From: a bacterium
Lineage (GTDB): Bacteria; CSSED10-310; JAFGSJ01
Length of the DNA stretch: 64,000 nt
Direction: 5' to 3'
Assembly: GCA_016934675.1 (NCBI GenBank)
Contig: JAFGSJ010000004.1
Coordinates: 12,799 to 76,798, forward strand
Below the pieces are notes generated by a model, which saw only the letters and a list, made by a program, of their open reading frames with translations, did no database searches and was not told where the DNA came from. The position numbers and the translations under genes are program-made. Below, piece by piece: positions 39,601 to 49,129 of the stretch. Positions within the stretch are counted from its first letter, which is position 1, and each line of letters opens with the position of its first letter.

Positions 39601-40403
39601 AAAAGAAAGCCTTGGTCATTTATCGAGAACTCGGCCATCGCTACGGAGTGGCCGATTGTCTTTCCAACATCGGTGCTGTTTTACAGATAATGGGCAGAAA
39701 CCAGGAAGCCCTGCAAGTCCAAGAGGAATCATTGGCTATCGTCCAGGAAATCGGCAATCAGTATGGGATCGCTGACAGTTTGCGTCGAATGGCCACGGTC
39801 CAGTTGAAGCTGGGTCTTTTCCGGGAGGCCCGGCTTGCCCTCGAACGCACGCTCGAGATCGCCCGACACATCAATCATCCTCAATTAGAGCTCGAAACCC
39901 GTCATCTGCTCGGACGAACCTATTATGCTGAAGGAAAGAGCGAGACCGCTCTCGAGATTTTCAACGAGGTTATTGATCAGGGGGCCCGGATCAAGCATAC
40001 CCTGATTCAGGCCCGGGCCCTGATCGACAGGGCTGAACTCCTTTTCATTCGCGCCCGGACCATTCTTGACCTCGATGTCAAGCTGGCCCTGACTTTTCTC
40101 GATCAGTATCCGGAAGACCGGATCTATGCCCTGGGACTATTGGCCAGGTTTGAAGCCGATCAAGCCCGGACTGAAGCGGCCCGGGCCAAACTCGACCAGG
40201 CCGATCGCCTGGCCCAGAAAATCGGGAATCCGGTGACCCTCCTGAAATTCAGGGAAGATGAAGCCTGGGTCTATGCCCGACTCGGCCTGGCCCACGAATT
40301 TGAACGGACAGTCGCTGAAGCCGAAGGTCTGGCTCGACAACTCGAGGACACCCCAGCCCTGAAACGTCTCAAACAACTCCGTGAGTATAGAATGTCTCCT
40401 TGA
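36603..40403 (+). CDS. Ser/Thr protein kinase + STAND/AAA ATPase + TPR protein
   Basis: [30 protein letters not shown]; [23 protein letters not shown]; C-terminal TPRs (LNNLGIV, LSNIGAV). Confidence 0.93.
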   Translation: MTDQDQREWMGRRVGPYELLESLGQGGMGSIYRARHIVTGHLVALKMVRLPNEHHLQGIRREIFSLSRMSHPGIVHIEAHGLESGTPWYAMELLEGITLQSWSKGMGQDTVKGLAVETGHTRTYPAIDLNRIRETRSVTGVPGNTTGYQQNLYGPPDRDGLSGHETEAVPQRQYCLGSEHFGEILTVIHRLCNPLSYLHGEGLVHRDLKPNNILVRPDGSPVIIDFGLITMFGGDVSRESLVVEPWALGTPAYMAPEQLNNQLVDARTDIFALGCILYELLTGVHPFQAATRDEQIRRHLYEQPLPPSKYYPGLPIELERLIMHMLEKQPRQRTGFVEDVAVQLKKLGAGNGVFAAAPRARHYLYRADLAGRTEEQVHIRDNLVKVQCGQGRMLFILGESGIGKTRLAIQAGREAAEHDYLVLTGEAIEGSYAALGLFRKPLQSLADRCRTRGEAETRRIFGRCGAVLMDFEPAIRDLPGLEHYPEPAPLEREAAQLRIVTDLVEVFRNTAAQQPVMLILDDLQWADQLSLEFLHFVQKNLNLTGGHCLIVGLCRKEEVPPFLAEILASCPDRILSLDRLGPEHLTSIISDMLATATPPEELCRYLTSVAEGNPFFVAEYLRLAMSMGIFSRNSLGQWLLPHDQSSSALAQFEKLGLPGSLRALLEKRIQGLPIAVRQTAELCALIGKMAPVQLIWSVSGQNEEQILASLDDLLKHQIFEWDSPSTIRFTHDKLREIMVKHIPVRQKRDMHGRIVTGIEAISASAQSPEQYYPDLGFHNEMAGNNDKAVHYYVRAAQNALHHFSYEETIVHCERVGALSDSSEAKLLMAHALIGLARFEDADRIALDLMASENVTESEKTATLLVQAELRERHGQFEDSNVLVRQILAREPTGLPRIQALIIGSRNYIRLGEIEAAEPYLIEALTLAQVEGREKEQASILNNLGIVARGKGQLEHALELYDQSLAIRRKCQDRLGEAHLLVNISAIDYDRFRFQDSLEGQKKALVIYRELGHRYGVADCLSNIGAVLQIMGRNQEALQVQEESLAIVQEIGNQYGIADSLRRMATVQLKLGLFREARLALERTLEIARHINHPQLELETRHLLGRTYYAEGKSETALEIFNEVIDQGARIKHTLIQARALIDRAELLFIRARTILDLDVKLALTFLDQYPEDRIYALGLLARFEADQARTEAARAKLDQADRLAQKIGNPVTLLKFREDEAWVYARLGLAHEFERTVAEAEGLARQLEDTPALKRLKQLREYRMSP

Positions 40404-40419
40404 TTCAGGCGTTATCAGT

Positions 40420-41343
40420 TCAATCGGGACCAGGGGTCGGCTGATCGAGTTGCTTTCGTTCGGGTTCGTAGTGTATGGTCGCTTCCAGGTCCAATTCTTC
40501 TCTGATGGCCTGTTCGAGCCGGTCGACCAGATCATGCGCATCACGCAAGCTGAGGTCGGATGGCAACCTGATATGACAGGTCACTTCCCGATGCTCACCA
40601 TAGCTGTGCAGATGAAGGTGATGGAGCTGCAAGTCACGCTTGAGTGTCTTCACAGCAACCAGATGGAGCTTTTCCCGGAGCTGATTGTCGATATTCTCGC
40701 CCAGGAGCGAATCGATCGAGTGTTTCAGGATTGAAAATGTAGCTATGAAAATGAGTATTGACACGCAAAAGCCCATGACACTGTCGACCCACCAGAAATA
40801 CCGTCCGAGAAAGAAACCACCCACGATTAATGCCGATGCTATGGCATCACTGCGATGGTGCCAGCCGTCAGCCAACAGAGATTGGGACTGGAATTTTCTG
40901 CCGCCCCAGAACGAAAACTGGGCCAGGGCTTCCTTACTCAAAGCGGAAATAATAAACACAATCAGGGCCATGAGCGAATATGAGGCTTCATGGTGATGAA
41001 TAAAACGGTGCACGGATTCGGTCAGAAAATTGAAACCCACAATAGCCAAAAGGGTCCCGATGATAACCGACCCGATGATTTCAGCCCGGCCATGACCGAA
41101 TGGATGTTCCTGGTCCGCCGGTTTTGCCGATATTTTGAAACCGATGATCACGACCAGTGAAGTCAGTGAATCCGACAGGGTATGCCAGGCATCGGCGATG
41201 ATGGCTACTGACGATGTGGCCAGCCCAACCCAGTATTTCAAACCAAACAGGATTATGTTCAGCACGATCGAGATATTACCTTCCCAATAACCGATCCTGC
41301 GTCTGTTCGCTTCCAGTTCAGCTCGATGTTGCGATACAATCAT
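40420..41343 (-). CDS. Cation diffusion facilitator family transporter
   Basis: ADAWHTLSD, HPFGHGRAE, ADGWHHRSD, C-terminal dimerisation domain. Confidence 0.95.
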   Translation of the reverse strand: MIVSQHRAELEANRRRIGYWEGNISIVLNIILFGLKYWVGLATSSVAIIADAWHTLSDSLTSLVVIIGFKISAKPADQEHPFGHGRAEIIGSVIIGTLLAIVGFNFLTESVHRFIHHHEASYSLMALIVFIISALSKEALAQFSFWGGRKFQSQSLLADGWHHRSDAIASALIVGGFFLGRYFWWVDSVMGFCVSILIFIATFSILKHSIDSLLGENIDNQLREKLHLVAVKTLKRDLQLHHLHLHSYGEHREVTCHIRLPSDLSLRDAHDLVDRLEQAIREELDLEATIHYEPERKQLDQPTPGPD

Positions 41344-41622
41344 CTGGGACCCACGGCCTCTCTGTTTCTTATGGTGAAAGCGTCTTCATTATCACTAAAG
41401 CAGCATATCATTTTCATCGGCAAAATACCAAACTTTAGTCAGAGTTCACCATGCCTGTGCTTACATTACTCCGGCAGGGCAGCGGAAACGTAGTGTTTAG
41501 TCCTAGCCGTGCTGTTAAGGGTGAATTCCTTATTCCCTTTTCTTTCAAACTGAACACTTGACAGACCATTCACTCCCAGGTAGACATATCTGGATTCAAA
41601 TAATAGGAGTGCAGCGTTTTTT

Positions 41623-41648
41623 GACAGGATAACAGGATGGACAGGCTG
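41623..41648 (+). repeat. Short degenerate tandem repeat (xACAGGAT x3)
   Basis: GACAGGAT-AACAGGAT-GGACAGGCT in intergenic DNA. Confidence 0.5.
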
Positions 41649-41671
41649 TTCTCTGTAAATCAGAATGATTA

Positions 41672-43201
41672 TTACGATCGTCCCAGAGCTTTTTCGAGGG
41701 CTGTGATCACGGTTTTCAGGGCTTTGATCCGGGCGTACCATTTCGAGTTTGATTCGATGATGGTCCAGGGGGCGTAGGCTGTGCTGGTCCGTTGGAGCAT
41801 TTCATCGACAGCGGCGGTATAGAGGTCCCATTTTTCGCGATTGCGCCAGTCTTCCTCGGTGATTTTCCATTTTTTGTTGACATCCAGTTCACGTTCCTTA
41901 AAGCGTTTTAGCTGCTCGTCCTGGTCGATATGCAGCCAGAATTTTATAATCACAGTTCCGAAGGAGGTCCACTGTTTTTCCATATCGTTGATTTCGCGGT
42001 AGGCCCTTTTCCATTCTTGTTCGGAGCAGAAGCCTTCGATCCGTTCGACCATGACCCGGCCGTACCAGGAGCGGTCGAAGATGGCGATATGTCCTGCTTT
42101 AGGAAATTCTTTCCAGAATCGCCACAGGTAATGGTGGGCTTTTTCGATATCGTTCGGAGCACCGATCGGGACAACATCGTAACCGCGTGGGTCCATGCCC
42201 TGGACCAGTCGCCTGATATTGCCGCCCTTACCGGCGGCATCGTAACCTTCATAGACAATGACAACCGGGACCCGTTTTCGATAGACCTCGAACTCGAGTT
42301 CACGGACCCGGTCCTGATACTTTTCGAGGGACTCCTCGTATTCAGGTCTTTCCAGTGAATGGGACAAATCGACCCTGGCCAGGATCGAGGAAGACAGGAC
42401 CGGCACAGTTTTCTTTTTTCGGGTCGAACCGGGTTTGGGCTCGATCCTATGTTGCGAAGTGATGTGATTCTTCAGGTTGTCCGCGTCTGCCTTATTTCTG
42501 AGAGCCCTGTCCAGTTGTTCGATGATCGTCGTGAAAATCTTGATCGAGGCGTAGCGCCAATCATGTGCTTCCACGATAGTCCATGGCCCGAATTCGGTCT
42601 CAGTGTGGGCCAGCATATGTTCGATCGACTCCAATATGGTCTTGTAGTGGCGATTTGCCTGCCAGTCCGCTTTGGTTACTTTCCAGTCCGTGGCCGGATT
42701 GTTCTCCTGTTTACGGAAGCGTTTTTGCTGCTCTTTCCGGGAGATGTGCAGAAAAAACTTGATCAGGGAATAACCGCCCTCGACTAGTGTCTGTTCGAAT
42801 GCATTGATACTCTCGAAGAGTTGCCACTGTTTCCGGGCAGAAGTCTTGTGCTTTGTGTCATCGGTTGCCATTTGGCCGTACCAGCTCCGATCGAAGATGG
42901 CGATGCGGCCCACAGCCGGAATCTTCGACCAGAAACGCCAGAGATAGGGACGGAATTGATCATCCTCGGTCCGGGTTGCGGGCGAGTAGACCTGGAAGCC
43001 CCGCGGGTCCATGGCCAGCGACAGCTTGTTGATCATGGTCCCTTTACCGGCCGCCCCCCAACCCTCGAATAGAATAATGACCGGGATCCGGTTTTCTTTG
43101 ATTGCCCGCTGCACTATCCCGAGTCTGGTTTCCAATTCGGGAAAAAGAGTGCGATAGTCTGTCTTGCTTATTTTTCTTGAAAGGTCCGCTTTTTCCAGCA
43201 T
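41672..43201 (-). CDS. pap: Polyphosphate:AMP phosphotransferase (two-domain PPK2)
   Basis: Two PPK2 repeats: EGWGAAGKG/FDRSWY and EGYDAAGKGG/FDRSWYGRV. Confidence 0.92.
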   Translation of the reverse strand: MLEKADLSRKISKTDYRTLFPELETRLGIVQRAIKENRIPVIILFEGWGAAGKGTMINKLSLAMDPRGFQVYSPATRTEDDQFRPYLWRFWSKIPAVGRIAIFDRSWYGQMATDDTKHKTSARKQWQLFESINAFEQTLVEGGYSLIKFFLHISRKEQQKRFRKQENNPATDWKVTKADWQANRHYKTILESIEHMLAHTETEFGPWTIVEAHDWRYASIKIFTTIIEQLDRALRNKADADNLKNHITSQHRIEPKPGSTRKKKTVPVLSSSILARVDLSHSLERPEYEESLEKYQDRVRELEFEVYRKRVPVVIVYEGYDAAGKGGNIRRLVQGMDPRGYDVVPIGAPNDIEKAHHYLWRFWKEFPKAGHIAIFDRSWYGRVMVERIEGFCSEQEWKRAYREINDMEKQWTSFGTVIIKFWLHIDQDEQLKRFKERELDVNKKWKITEEDWRNREKWDLYTAAVDEMLQRTSTAYAPWTIIESNSKWYARIKALKTVITALEKALGRS

Positions 43202-43251
43202 GTTATTCTCCTTGTCCGGACTAGTGTGCCGACTCTTCCCGAGACAAAAGA

Positions 43252-44880
43252 TCAGCTCCGGGATGACAGGGCTTCTTTGAGTTGGTTAATCGTGTCATGC
43301 GCCTTGAACTGGGTCCAGATTTTATAGAAGCGTTTCTGTCTGTCCTGGGCAATGTCGGTTTGTAAGCGGTACATTTCGCCCAGGACGAAGGCCATAGAAG
43401 GATCGAAATTTTTCTTTTTCCAGTTCACCGAGAGTGAGTCGATGAAATTTTTCGTGAACACGGTGTCCTGAATTTCTCCCAGGCAATCCTGCAGTTCCAC
43501 AGTTCGATTGATAAAGGGTGTCAGCGAGGTATTATAAGCCGGGGCCACGAATTCGCAGGCATAACGGAGTTGCTTCATCCGGATTCTGAGTTTGTGGAAT
43601 TCCTTGAGTTTGGGATGAGCGAGCACTGATTGTCCTTGAACCAGGACTGCATCCAGCAGGTTGAAAATGAGTAAAGGTGCCATTTCGCGGATCGTTTTCG
43701 AAGCAAGTGCCGCTCTCGGTCGGGTCGAGAGCCGTTTATGACAAAATCGAACGGTCCGGCCTCTGAACCGGCGATAACGCGATGAGCCGAGGGTTTTGAG
43801 CAGATTTTTCAGGGGCACCCGCCGCTGTTTACGGACCCAGTTAGCGAAAGCTTTTTTCTTTTTGAGCGGGAAATACTCGAGTTGTTGCTGGAACCGGTCC
43901 AGGTTCAACAGGAAGACATCGATGTCCCGGACCTCGCCCAGAGCCGCGCCCAGCCATTTGAGTTCATTTTCCAAATACTGGCGCGATATGTCGGGGACAG
44001 CGTCATGAAACAATCTGAGGGCCATGCGCATCCGGCGTGTAGCCACGCGGGCCTGGTGTACAAACTCGCTGTCAAGATCATGTTTCAGTCCGGGCAATTG
44101 TTCTCGGAAACGATGGAACTGATAGGTGAGGATTTTCTGAACGACCAGATCGAGACGGTCGTCGATACCCACCCTGAGTCTGGCGGGTGGGCTTTTTGAG
44201 GGGACAACCACCTTGAGTCGAGAGAGTGCTTGCTCGAACTTGGACGAGGGTGAGGGCTGATACTGGTGCGTATCCCGAAGCAGGGTGGCCAGACTGCGGA
44301 GTTCAGTTTCCGGTCCCTTGATGAGTTCGGCTTCCATCTCGTGAAGCTTCGGGACAGAGCGGCGTGCATGGGGTCCTCGTCGTTGAAAAGTCGAGGTGTC
44401 GAATGCCAGCTCAAATTCCGCCCCGTTCGGGGACAGGGCCCGATACTGTCGTCGCTCCGTGCGGACCTGGACCTGTTCGAGCAGTTTCCGGGGGAAAATG
44501 ATCGGAGCGACTACTTCCCTGATCGGGGGACAGGCCACTCTCGAAGGATCAACCAGTGGCTTTTTTAACGGGATTTCCTTCTCCATTCTTGTGGCGATCC
44601 CATCGCCGACTGTGCCCAGGCTCTTTATGGTGTACAGGGCTTTAGCATTGGCCAGACGGTAGCGCAGAACGAGTTTTCTTTTCATGAGTAACCAATCAAA
44701 CGTGTCCATGTAGAGGTCAAAATTGTGGATAAGGGTTTGGTCCGTTACCCGGTAGTTATGGGCACGCATGGTGGCAATAATGGTAAACTCGGCCTGTTCA
44801 TCCGGGAGCATGAGTTTCAGTTCGATCTCGACCTGGTTCTTTTCCCGGTCCTCGTTCATGGGCGTTTTCGTTTCAGGCAT
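43252..44880 (-). CDS. CYTH and CHAD domain protein
   Basis: EIELK CYTH motif; VHQARVATRRMR, LGEVRDIDV, HKLRIRMKQLRY, LQDCLGEIQD CHAD motifs; start uncertain (44880 or 44859). Confidence 0.92.
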   Translation of the reverse strand: MPETKTPMNEDREKNQVEIELKLMLPDEQAEFTIIATMRAHNYRVTDQTLIHNFDLYMDTFDWLLMKRKLVLRYRLANAKALYTIKSLGTVGDGIATRMEKEIPLKKPLVDPSRVACPPIREVVAPIIFPRKLLEQVQVRTERRQYRALSPNGAEFELAFDTSTFQRRGPHARRSVPKLHEMEAELIKGPETELRSLATLLRDTHQYQPSPSSKFEQALSRLKVVVPSKSPPARLRVGIDDRLDLVVQKILTYQFHRFREQLPGLKHDLDSEFVHQARVATRRMRMALRLFHDAVPDISRQYLENELKWLGAALGEVRDIDVFLLNLDRFQQQLEYFPLKKKKAFANWVRKQRRVPLKNLLKTLGSSRYRRFRGRTVRFCHKRLSTRPRAALASKTIREMAPLLIFNLLDAVLVQGQSVLAHPKLKEFHKLRIRMKQLRYACEFVAPAYNTSLTPFINRTVELQDCLGEIQDTVFTKNFIDSLSVNWKKKNFDPSMAFVLGEMYRLQTDIAQDRQKRFYKIWTQFKAHDTINQLKEALSSRS

Positions 44881-44992
44881 AGAGGGCGGATTCCATGGGC
44901 CGGGAGACCTGGACCGGCCCAATCGGCTTTACCGTCAGAAATGGCCGCATTGTGGGACGACATATGACCGTGAATTTCAGGATCGTTTGAGG

Positions 44993-45604
44993 TCAGCATT
45001 TGTAGATGATCCGCCTTCCTGTTTTTTTTTCGAGTAATTCCTGCTTGGTCCGGGCCTTCGAGACCTCGGACTGACAAGGGCCCGTGTTGTGCAGGTGAAT
45101 GGTCAGCGTGTGATCATCAAAGGAGCAGGATATATTGGTTATGACGCTTTCATGGCTGCAATCCAGGCCGTCCGCGACGCGGAGTATTCCGGCCAGCCAT
45201 TCGACCAGGTCGCGCTGGTCGGGTCCGAGTGTCCGGAAACGACGGTGACGCTTCGGGTCAGGGACCGCTTTGGTATGGTAACGGGCGATAAGGGCACATA
45301 AGTCGCGCGCGGACCTGTTCAGACCGGGTATTTCGAGTTCTCCGATCATTGTACTACTTTGTTTGTGGTGCTTGCCGGAGTTGACGCGCGACCAGCCGAT
45401 ATCATGAAGATTTCCGGCAATCTCGAGCAGGCGCCGCCGTTCCGGATCAAGGCCATGGAGGGCAACCAGGCCATCAAAGAGTGTCAGGGCCAGAAAGGTT
45501 ACATGACGGCTATGATCCGGGTCAGGATCATAGTGCTCGGCGACCTGTTTGATAAAATCCATAGTCTCACTGCTGTTCCGGCCTTGGTCTGCCCATGAGT
45601 GCAT
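44993..45604 (-). CDS. Stand-alone HD domain protein resembling the Ppx/GppA C-terminal domains
   Basis: HSRHV, LHDIGW, HHKQS, ARYH, LRVADGLD; ATG abuts ppk1 stop (TAAATG). Confidence 0.88.
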   Translation of the reverse strand: MHSWADQGRNSSETMDFIKQVAEHYDPDPDHSRHVTFLALTLFDGLVALHGLDPERRRLLEIAGNLHDIGWSRVNSGKHHKQSSTMIGELEIPGLNRSARDLCALIARYHTKAVPDPKRHRRFRTLGPDQRDLVEWLAGILRVADGLDCSHESVITNISCSFDDHTLTIHLHNTGPCQSEVSKARTKQELLEKKTGRRIIYKC

Positions 45605-47824
45605 TTAGCGTTTCCTCCGTTTCTTGCGGCCGCTTTTGGTGATGATTTCCTCGTAGGGCGGGGACTTGATCCCCCCTTTCCGGGCGATGGCAATGAGTTC
45701 GCTCTGGCTGCGCACAGCCAGGGCGTCCTCTTTGGCCACAATCCGGATGTAGGACCCATCGGGTTGCATCAGGTGTGCCTTGACGTTATCCGCCAGATAG
45801 ATGCCCAGTATTTCGCTCAGAATTCGCTGCTTTATTTCACTATTCCTGATCGGATACAGTATCTCGATGCGTCTGTTGAAATTTCGGGGCATCCAATCGG
45901 CACTTCCGGAATAAATCTCGGTTTCACCGCCATTCTGGAAATAAAACAGGCGTGAATGTTCGAGAAAGCGGTCCACGATACTGACAACACGGATATTCTC
46001 GCTGATGCCGGGCAAACCGGGTCGAAGACAGCAGATGCCTCTGACGATGAGTTCGATCCGCACGCCTGCTTGGGAAGCCTGATAAAGCTTCCGGATGGTT
46101 TTGGGATCGACCAGGGCGTTCATTTTGGCGATGATATGGCCCGGCTTGCCCGGCTTCGATTTTTCGATCTCCCGGTCGATCAGACAAAGCATGGTTTCCT
46201 GCGTGTTGACCGGCGAGATCGTGAAGAGACGAAACATGGAGGTTACGGTCTCGCTATTGAGAATATCGCCGCTTGACCATGAATTATAACCGGTCAGAAC
46301 GTTAAACAGGGCCGAAACATCATGTCCGAAATCGGGATCGCAGGTCAGAATACCGATATCCGTATAGATTTTGGCTGTTATCGTGTTATAGTTTCCGGTC
46401 GAGACATGGACATAACGGCGCAATTGTTTGCCCTCCCGGCGGACGATCAGGGTCGCCTTGCAGTGCGTTTTCCATTGAATGAAGCCGAAAACCGAGTTGA
46501 CCCCGGCTTCTTGCATTTGACGGGCCCAATCGATATTGTCCTTCTCGTCAAATCGGGCTTTCAGCTCGACCACGGCCGTCACCTGTTTGCCGTTATCGGC
46601 AGCCCTGCGGAGCGCAGCCACAACGGGCGAGTCCTTGCCGGTCCGATACAGGGTCTGCTTGATAGCCAGAACATTCGGATCATCCGCGGCCGTATCCAGG
46701 AAGTCCATGACCACGGCAAACGAGTCATAGGGATGGTGCAGGAGGACGTCGCCCTCGCGAATGATGGTAAATATGTCTTTTTCGGCAATAAAGCGTCTGG
46801 GCAAACGGGGATTGAAGGGGACATCACGGAACTGGGGAGCGCAGGGCAGCTCTAAAAGGGCCTGGAAATCACACACATTGATCGGACCATGGATCTCATA
46901 CACAAACCGCTCCTCGATACCCAGATGTTTCAGGATCATTTTTATGATTTTTTTGGGAGCACCAGGATCGATTTCAAGGCGAAGGGCGATCTTGTTTGAA
47001 CGGTCCTTGATCACGGCCTCGACTGACTCGAGCAGGTCCATGACCTCATTTTCATACAGATCGTAATCCTGGTTCCTGGTCACCCGCAAAGCTATGGTAT
47101 TCTTGATCTTCATGCCCGGAAACAGCCGGTGGACATGCTTGCGGATCAGGTCTTCCAGAAGGATGTAACGATAGCCCCCACTCTCGCTCTTGATCGGGAC
47201 CAGCCTGTTCAGAATGGAAGGCACCTCGACAAAAGCATACTCCTGCGGCGTCCGTTTCCCCGGAACCTGCTCGAAAACAACCAACAGGTTGAGCCTGAGA
47301 TTGCCCAAATAGGGAAAAGGATGAGCAGGGTCCACAGCCAATGGTGTCAGGACCGGAAAAACATATTCCTCGAAATAGTCCTCGAGCTGCTTGCTGGTCT
47401 TTTTATCCTTCTCGAGCTGTTCGAGACGAAGCAGCGTTATCCCGGCTTTCTCCAATAACGGGATTAGCTCGTTTACAAAACAGGTGCATAGCTCGGAAAC
47501 AAGAATACCGGCCTTCTGGGCAATGGCATCGAGTTTGTCCTGTGAAATTTTCTGGAACGTATCGAGGTCCTCGAGGTCTAATTCGAGAAATCGATACAGA
47601 CCCCCGACCCGAACCATGAAGAATTCATCCAGATTCGAACTGAAAATCGAGGCGAATTTCAGTCTCTCCAGCACGGGATTGTTCTTATCCTGTGCCTCAC
47701 CGAGCACTCGACGATTGAATTCGAGCCAGGCCAGCTCCCGGTCAAGCTGCAACGAGGACTCCTCGAGGCCAATCTTGTCTTTCATCGTCACTGTTTGATC
47801 AGTTCCTGCCTTCACCTTTTTCAT
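45605..47824 (-). CDS. ppk1: Polyphosphate kinase 1
   Basis: RELAWLEFNRRVL, SSNLDEFFMVR, HPFP, HHPYDSF, ELKARFDE, KTHCK, TGNYN, RFLEHSR, GSADWM. Confidence 0.98.
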   Translation of the reverse strand: MKKVKAGTDQTVTMKDKIGLEESSLQLDRELAWLEFNRRVLGEAQDKNNPVLERLKFASIFSSNLDEFFMVRVGGLYRFLELDLEDLDTFQKISQDKLDAIAQKAGILVSELCTCFVNELIPLLEKAGITLLRLEQLEKDKKTSKQLEDYFEEYVFPVLTPLAVDPAHPFPYLGNLRLNLLVVFEQVPGKRTPQEYAFVEVPSILNRLVPIKSESGGYRYILLEDLIRKHVHRLFPGMKIKNTIALRVTRNQDYDLYENEVMDLLESVEAVIKDRSNKIALRLEIDPGAPKKIIKMILKHLGIEERFVYEIHGPINVCDFQALLELPCAPQFRDVPFNPRLPRRFIAEKDIFTIIREGDVLLHHPYDSFAVVMDFLDTAADDPNVLAIKQTLYRTGKDSPVVAALRRAADNGKQVTAVVELKARFDEKDNIDWARQMQEAGVNSVFGFIQWKTHCKATLIVRREGKQLRRYVHVSTGNYNTITAKIYTDIGILTCDPDFGHDVSALFNVLTGYNSWSSGDILNSETVTSMFRLFTISPVNTQETMLCLIDREIEKSKPGKPGHIIAKMNALVDPKTIRKLYQASQAGVRIELIVRGICCLRPGLPGISENIRVVSIVDRFLEHSRLFYFQNGGETEIYSGSADWMPRNFNRRIEILYPIRNSEIKQRILSEILGIYLADNVKAHLMQPDGSYIRIVAKEDALAVRSQSELIAIARKGGIKSPPYEEIITKSGRKKRRKR

Positions 47825-47934
47825 CGCTACATCCTGCTTGAATCGTCACTAAAAATCAGGAGCGGGTCAATAACCTGCTCACGACGCATCGAGGGTTGTG
47901 TGACACTGTCTCGCCCCTGTTACATCCTCTTAAA

Positions 47935-47964
47935 AGGATAGCATGACCGGCCGGTCCATGTCAA
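47935..47964 (-). promoter_or_regulatory. Sigma70 promoter for the ppk1 operon
   Basis: Minus strand TTGACA-N18-TATCCT with extended -10 TG; spacer holds palindrome GACCGGCCGGTC. Confidence 0.55.
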
Positions 47965-48343
47965 GGTTCACGGTCTTTGCATAGGACACCATCATTTTGG
48001 GGTACGTCGTGCCGGCTTGAGCAGACAGTTAATTTGGTAAGCTTCTTTGACAGTCGCTGTCACAAAATTTATCATGTATACAACTTACTCGATTCTTTCC
48101 TTATTTTAGATTCATTATTTTAATCGGAATGCCAATTTGGATTCATAAGGCCGGGGTATTCGTGGATCAACTCCTTCATTCATGAGTTTCGGGATAAGTC
48201 TTCATTAGGCCACATTGGTTCAATTTCCGGGCAATGACTTCCGCAGATGCCTCGAAGCCACTCAAGCCTTGCTTTTTTTGATGCTGTCATCTACAATCAT
48301 TGCGATAGTGTCAGGAAGGTATAATACGGACCGATGATACACT

Positions 48344-49129
48344 ATGACTGATCAATCACTTTCGCAGCGATTTGTGAATTTTGCCGCCAGGACTGTACTG
48401 GCCCGTTATCCCGAGCAGAAACGCATTGCCCGGATTATTCTGGGAACAGATCGGGTCGATCCGGTCGTCGTACTTCCGGCCACGGAAAGTATGCGCAGGC
48501 GAATCGAGAAATGTTTCAGGAAATCGTGGCGTGACGGTCAGGTTACACACATCAGGCATGCCAGTCATGAATTCAGTTTATGTGCGACCGGCGTGGGAGC
48601 ACCGGCGACTGAGATCATACTAACGGCTCTTCTAGCCGGTGGGGCTCGGACCATTTTGAGATTTGATGTTTGTGGCAGTTTGTCCGAACATTTGCCGGTC
48701 GGAGCTTTGTTCGTGGCGGATAGGGCTTATGCCTATGATGGTGTTTCGAAACTGTATTATCCTCATAATCCGATCGAGGCACATTCGGGACTCGTCCGGA
48801 TAATCATGCAAGCCGGTCAACATGTACAACCGTCCATGACAGCGGGTGCCATCGCCACGGTCGACTTTTTTTTCGCCCAGACCTTGGAAGATCATCGGGC
48901 CTGGGGAAGCACGGCCCAGGCTGTTGATATGGAGACTTCGGCCATCTACGCCATGTGTGCGGCGGTGCAAGTGCCCGCCGTTTCGGTCATGTGCGTGTCC
49001 GATGTCAAATTGATTGGTCAGGACCCGTTCACCAACGACAATTACAATTATGCCGCTTTCCGGACTGGCCTGAAAAAATTCGGCTCGCTCATACCTGACC
49101 TGATCGGTCAGGTCGCGGCAGATCAGTAA
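48344..49129 (+). CDS. Nucleoside phosphorylase family protein (PNP/UDP fold)
   Basis: GVGAPATEI, CGSL, DGVSKLY, TVDFFF, AVDMETSA, VSD. Confidence 0.8.
   Translation: MTDQSLSQRFVNFAARTVLARYPEQKRIARIILGTDRVDPVVVLPATESMRRRIEKCFRKSWRDGQVTHIRHASHEFSLCATGVGAPATEIILTALLAGGARTILRFDVCGSLSEHLPVGALFVADRAYAYDGVSKLYYPHNPIEAHSGLVRIIMQAGQHVQPSMTAGAIATVDFFFAQTLEDHRAWGSTAQAVDMETSAIYAMCAAVQVPAVSVMCVSDVKLIGQDPFTNDNYNYAAFRTGLKKFGSLIPDLIGQVAADQ

Noticed and set aside
47878-47905. TGTCACA upstream of ppk1 as a target of the ECF sigma
   Set aside because: CGTC lies at N12 and only CGTG at N15; a better sigma70 promoter is present
48057-48080. PHO-box-like CTGTCAC
   Set aside because: No second half-site at 11-bp spacing
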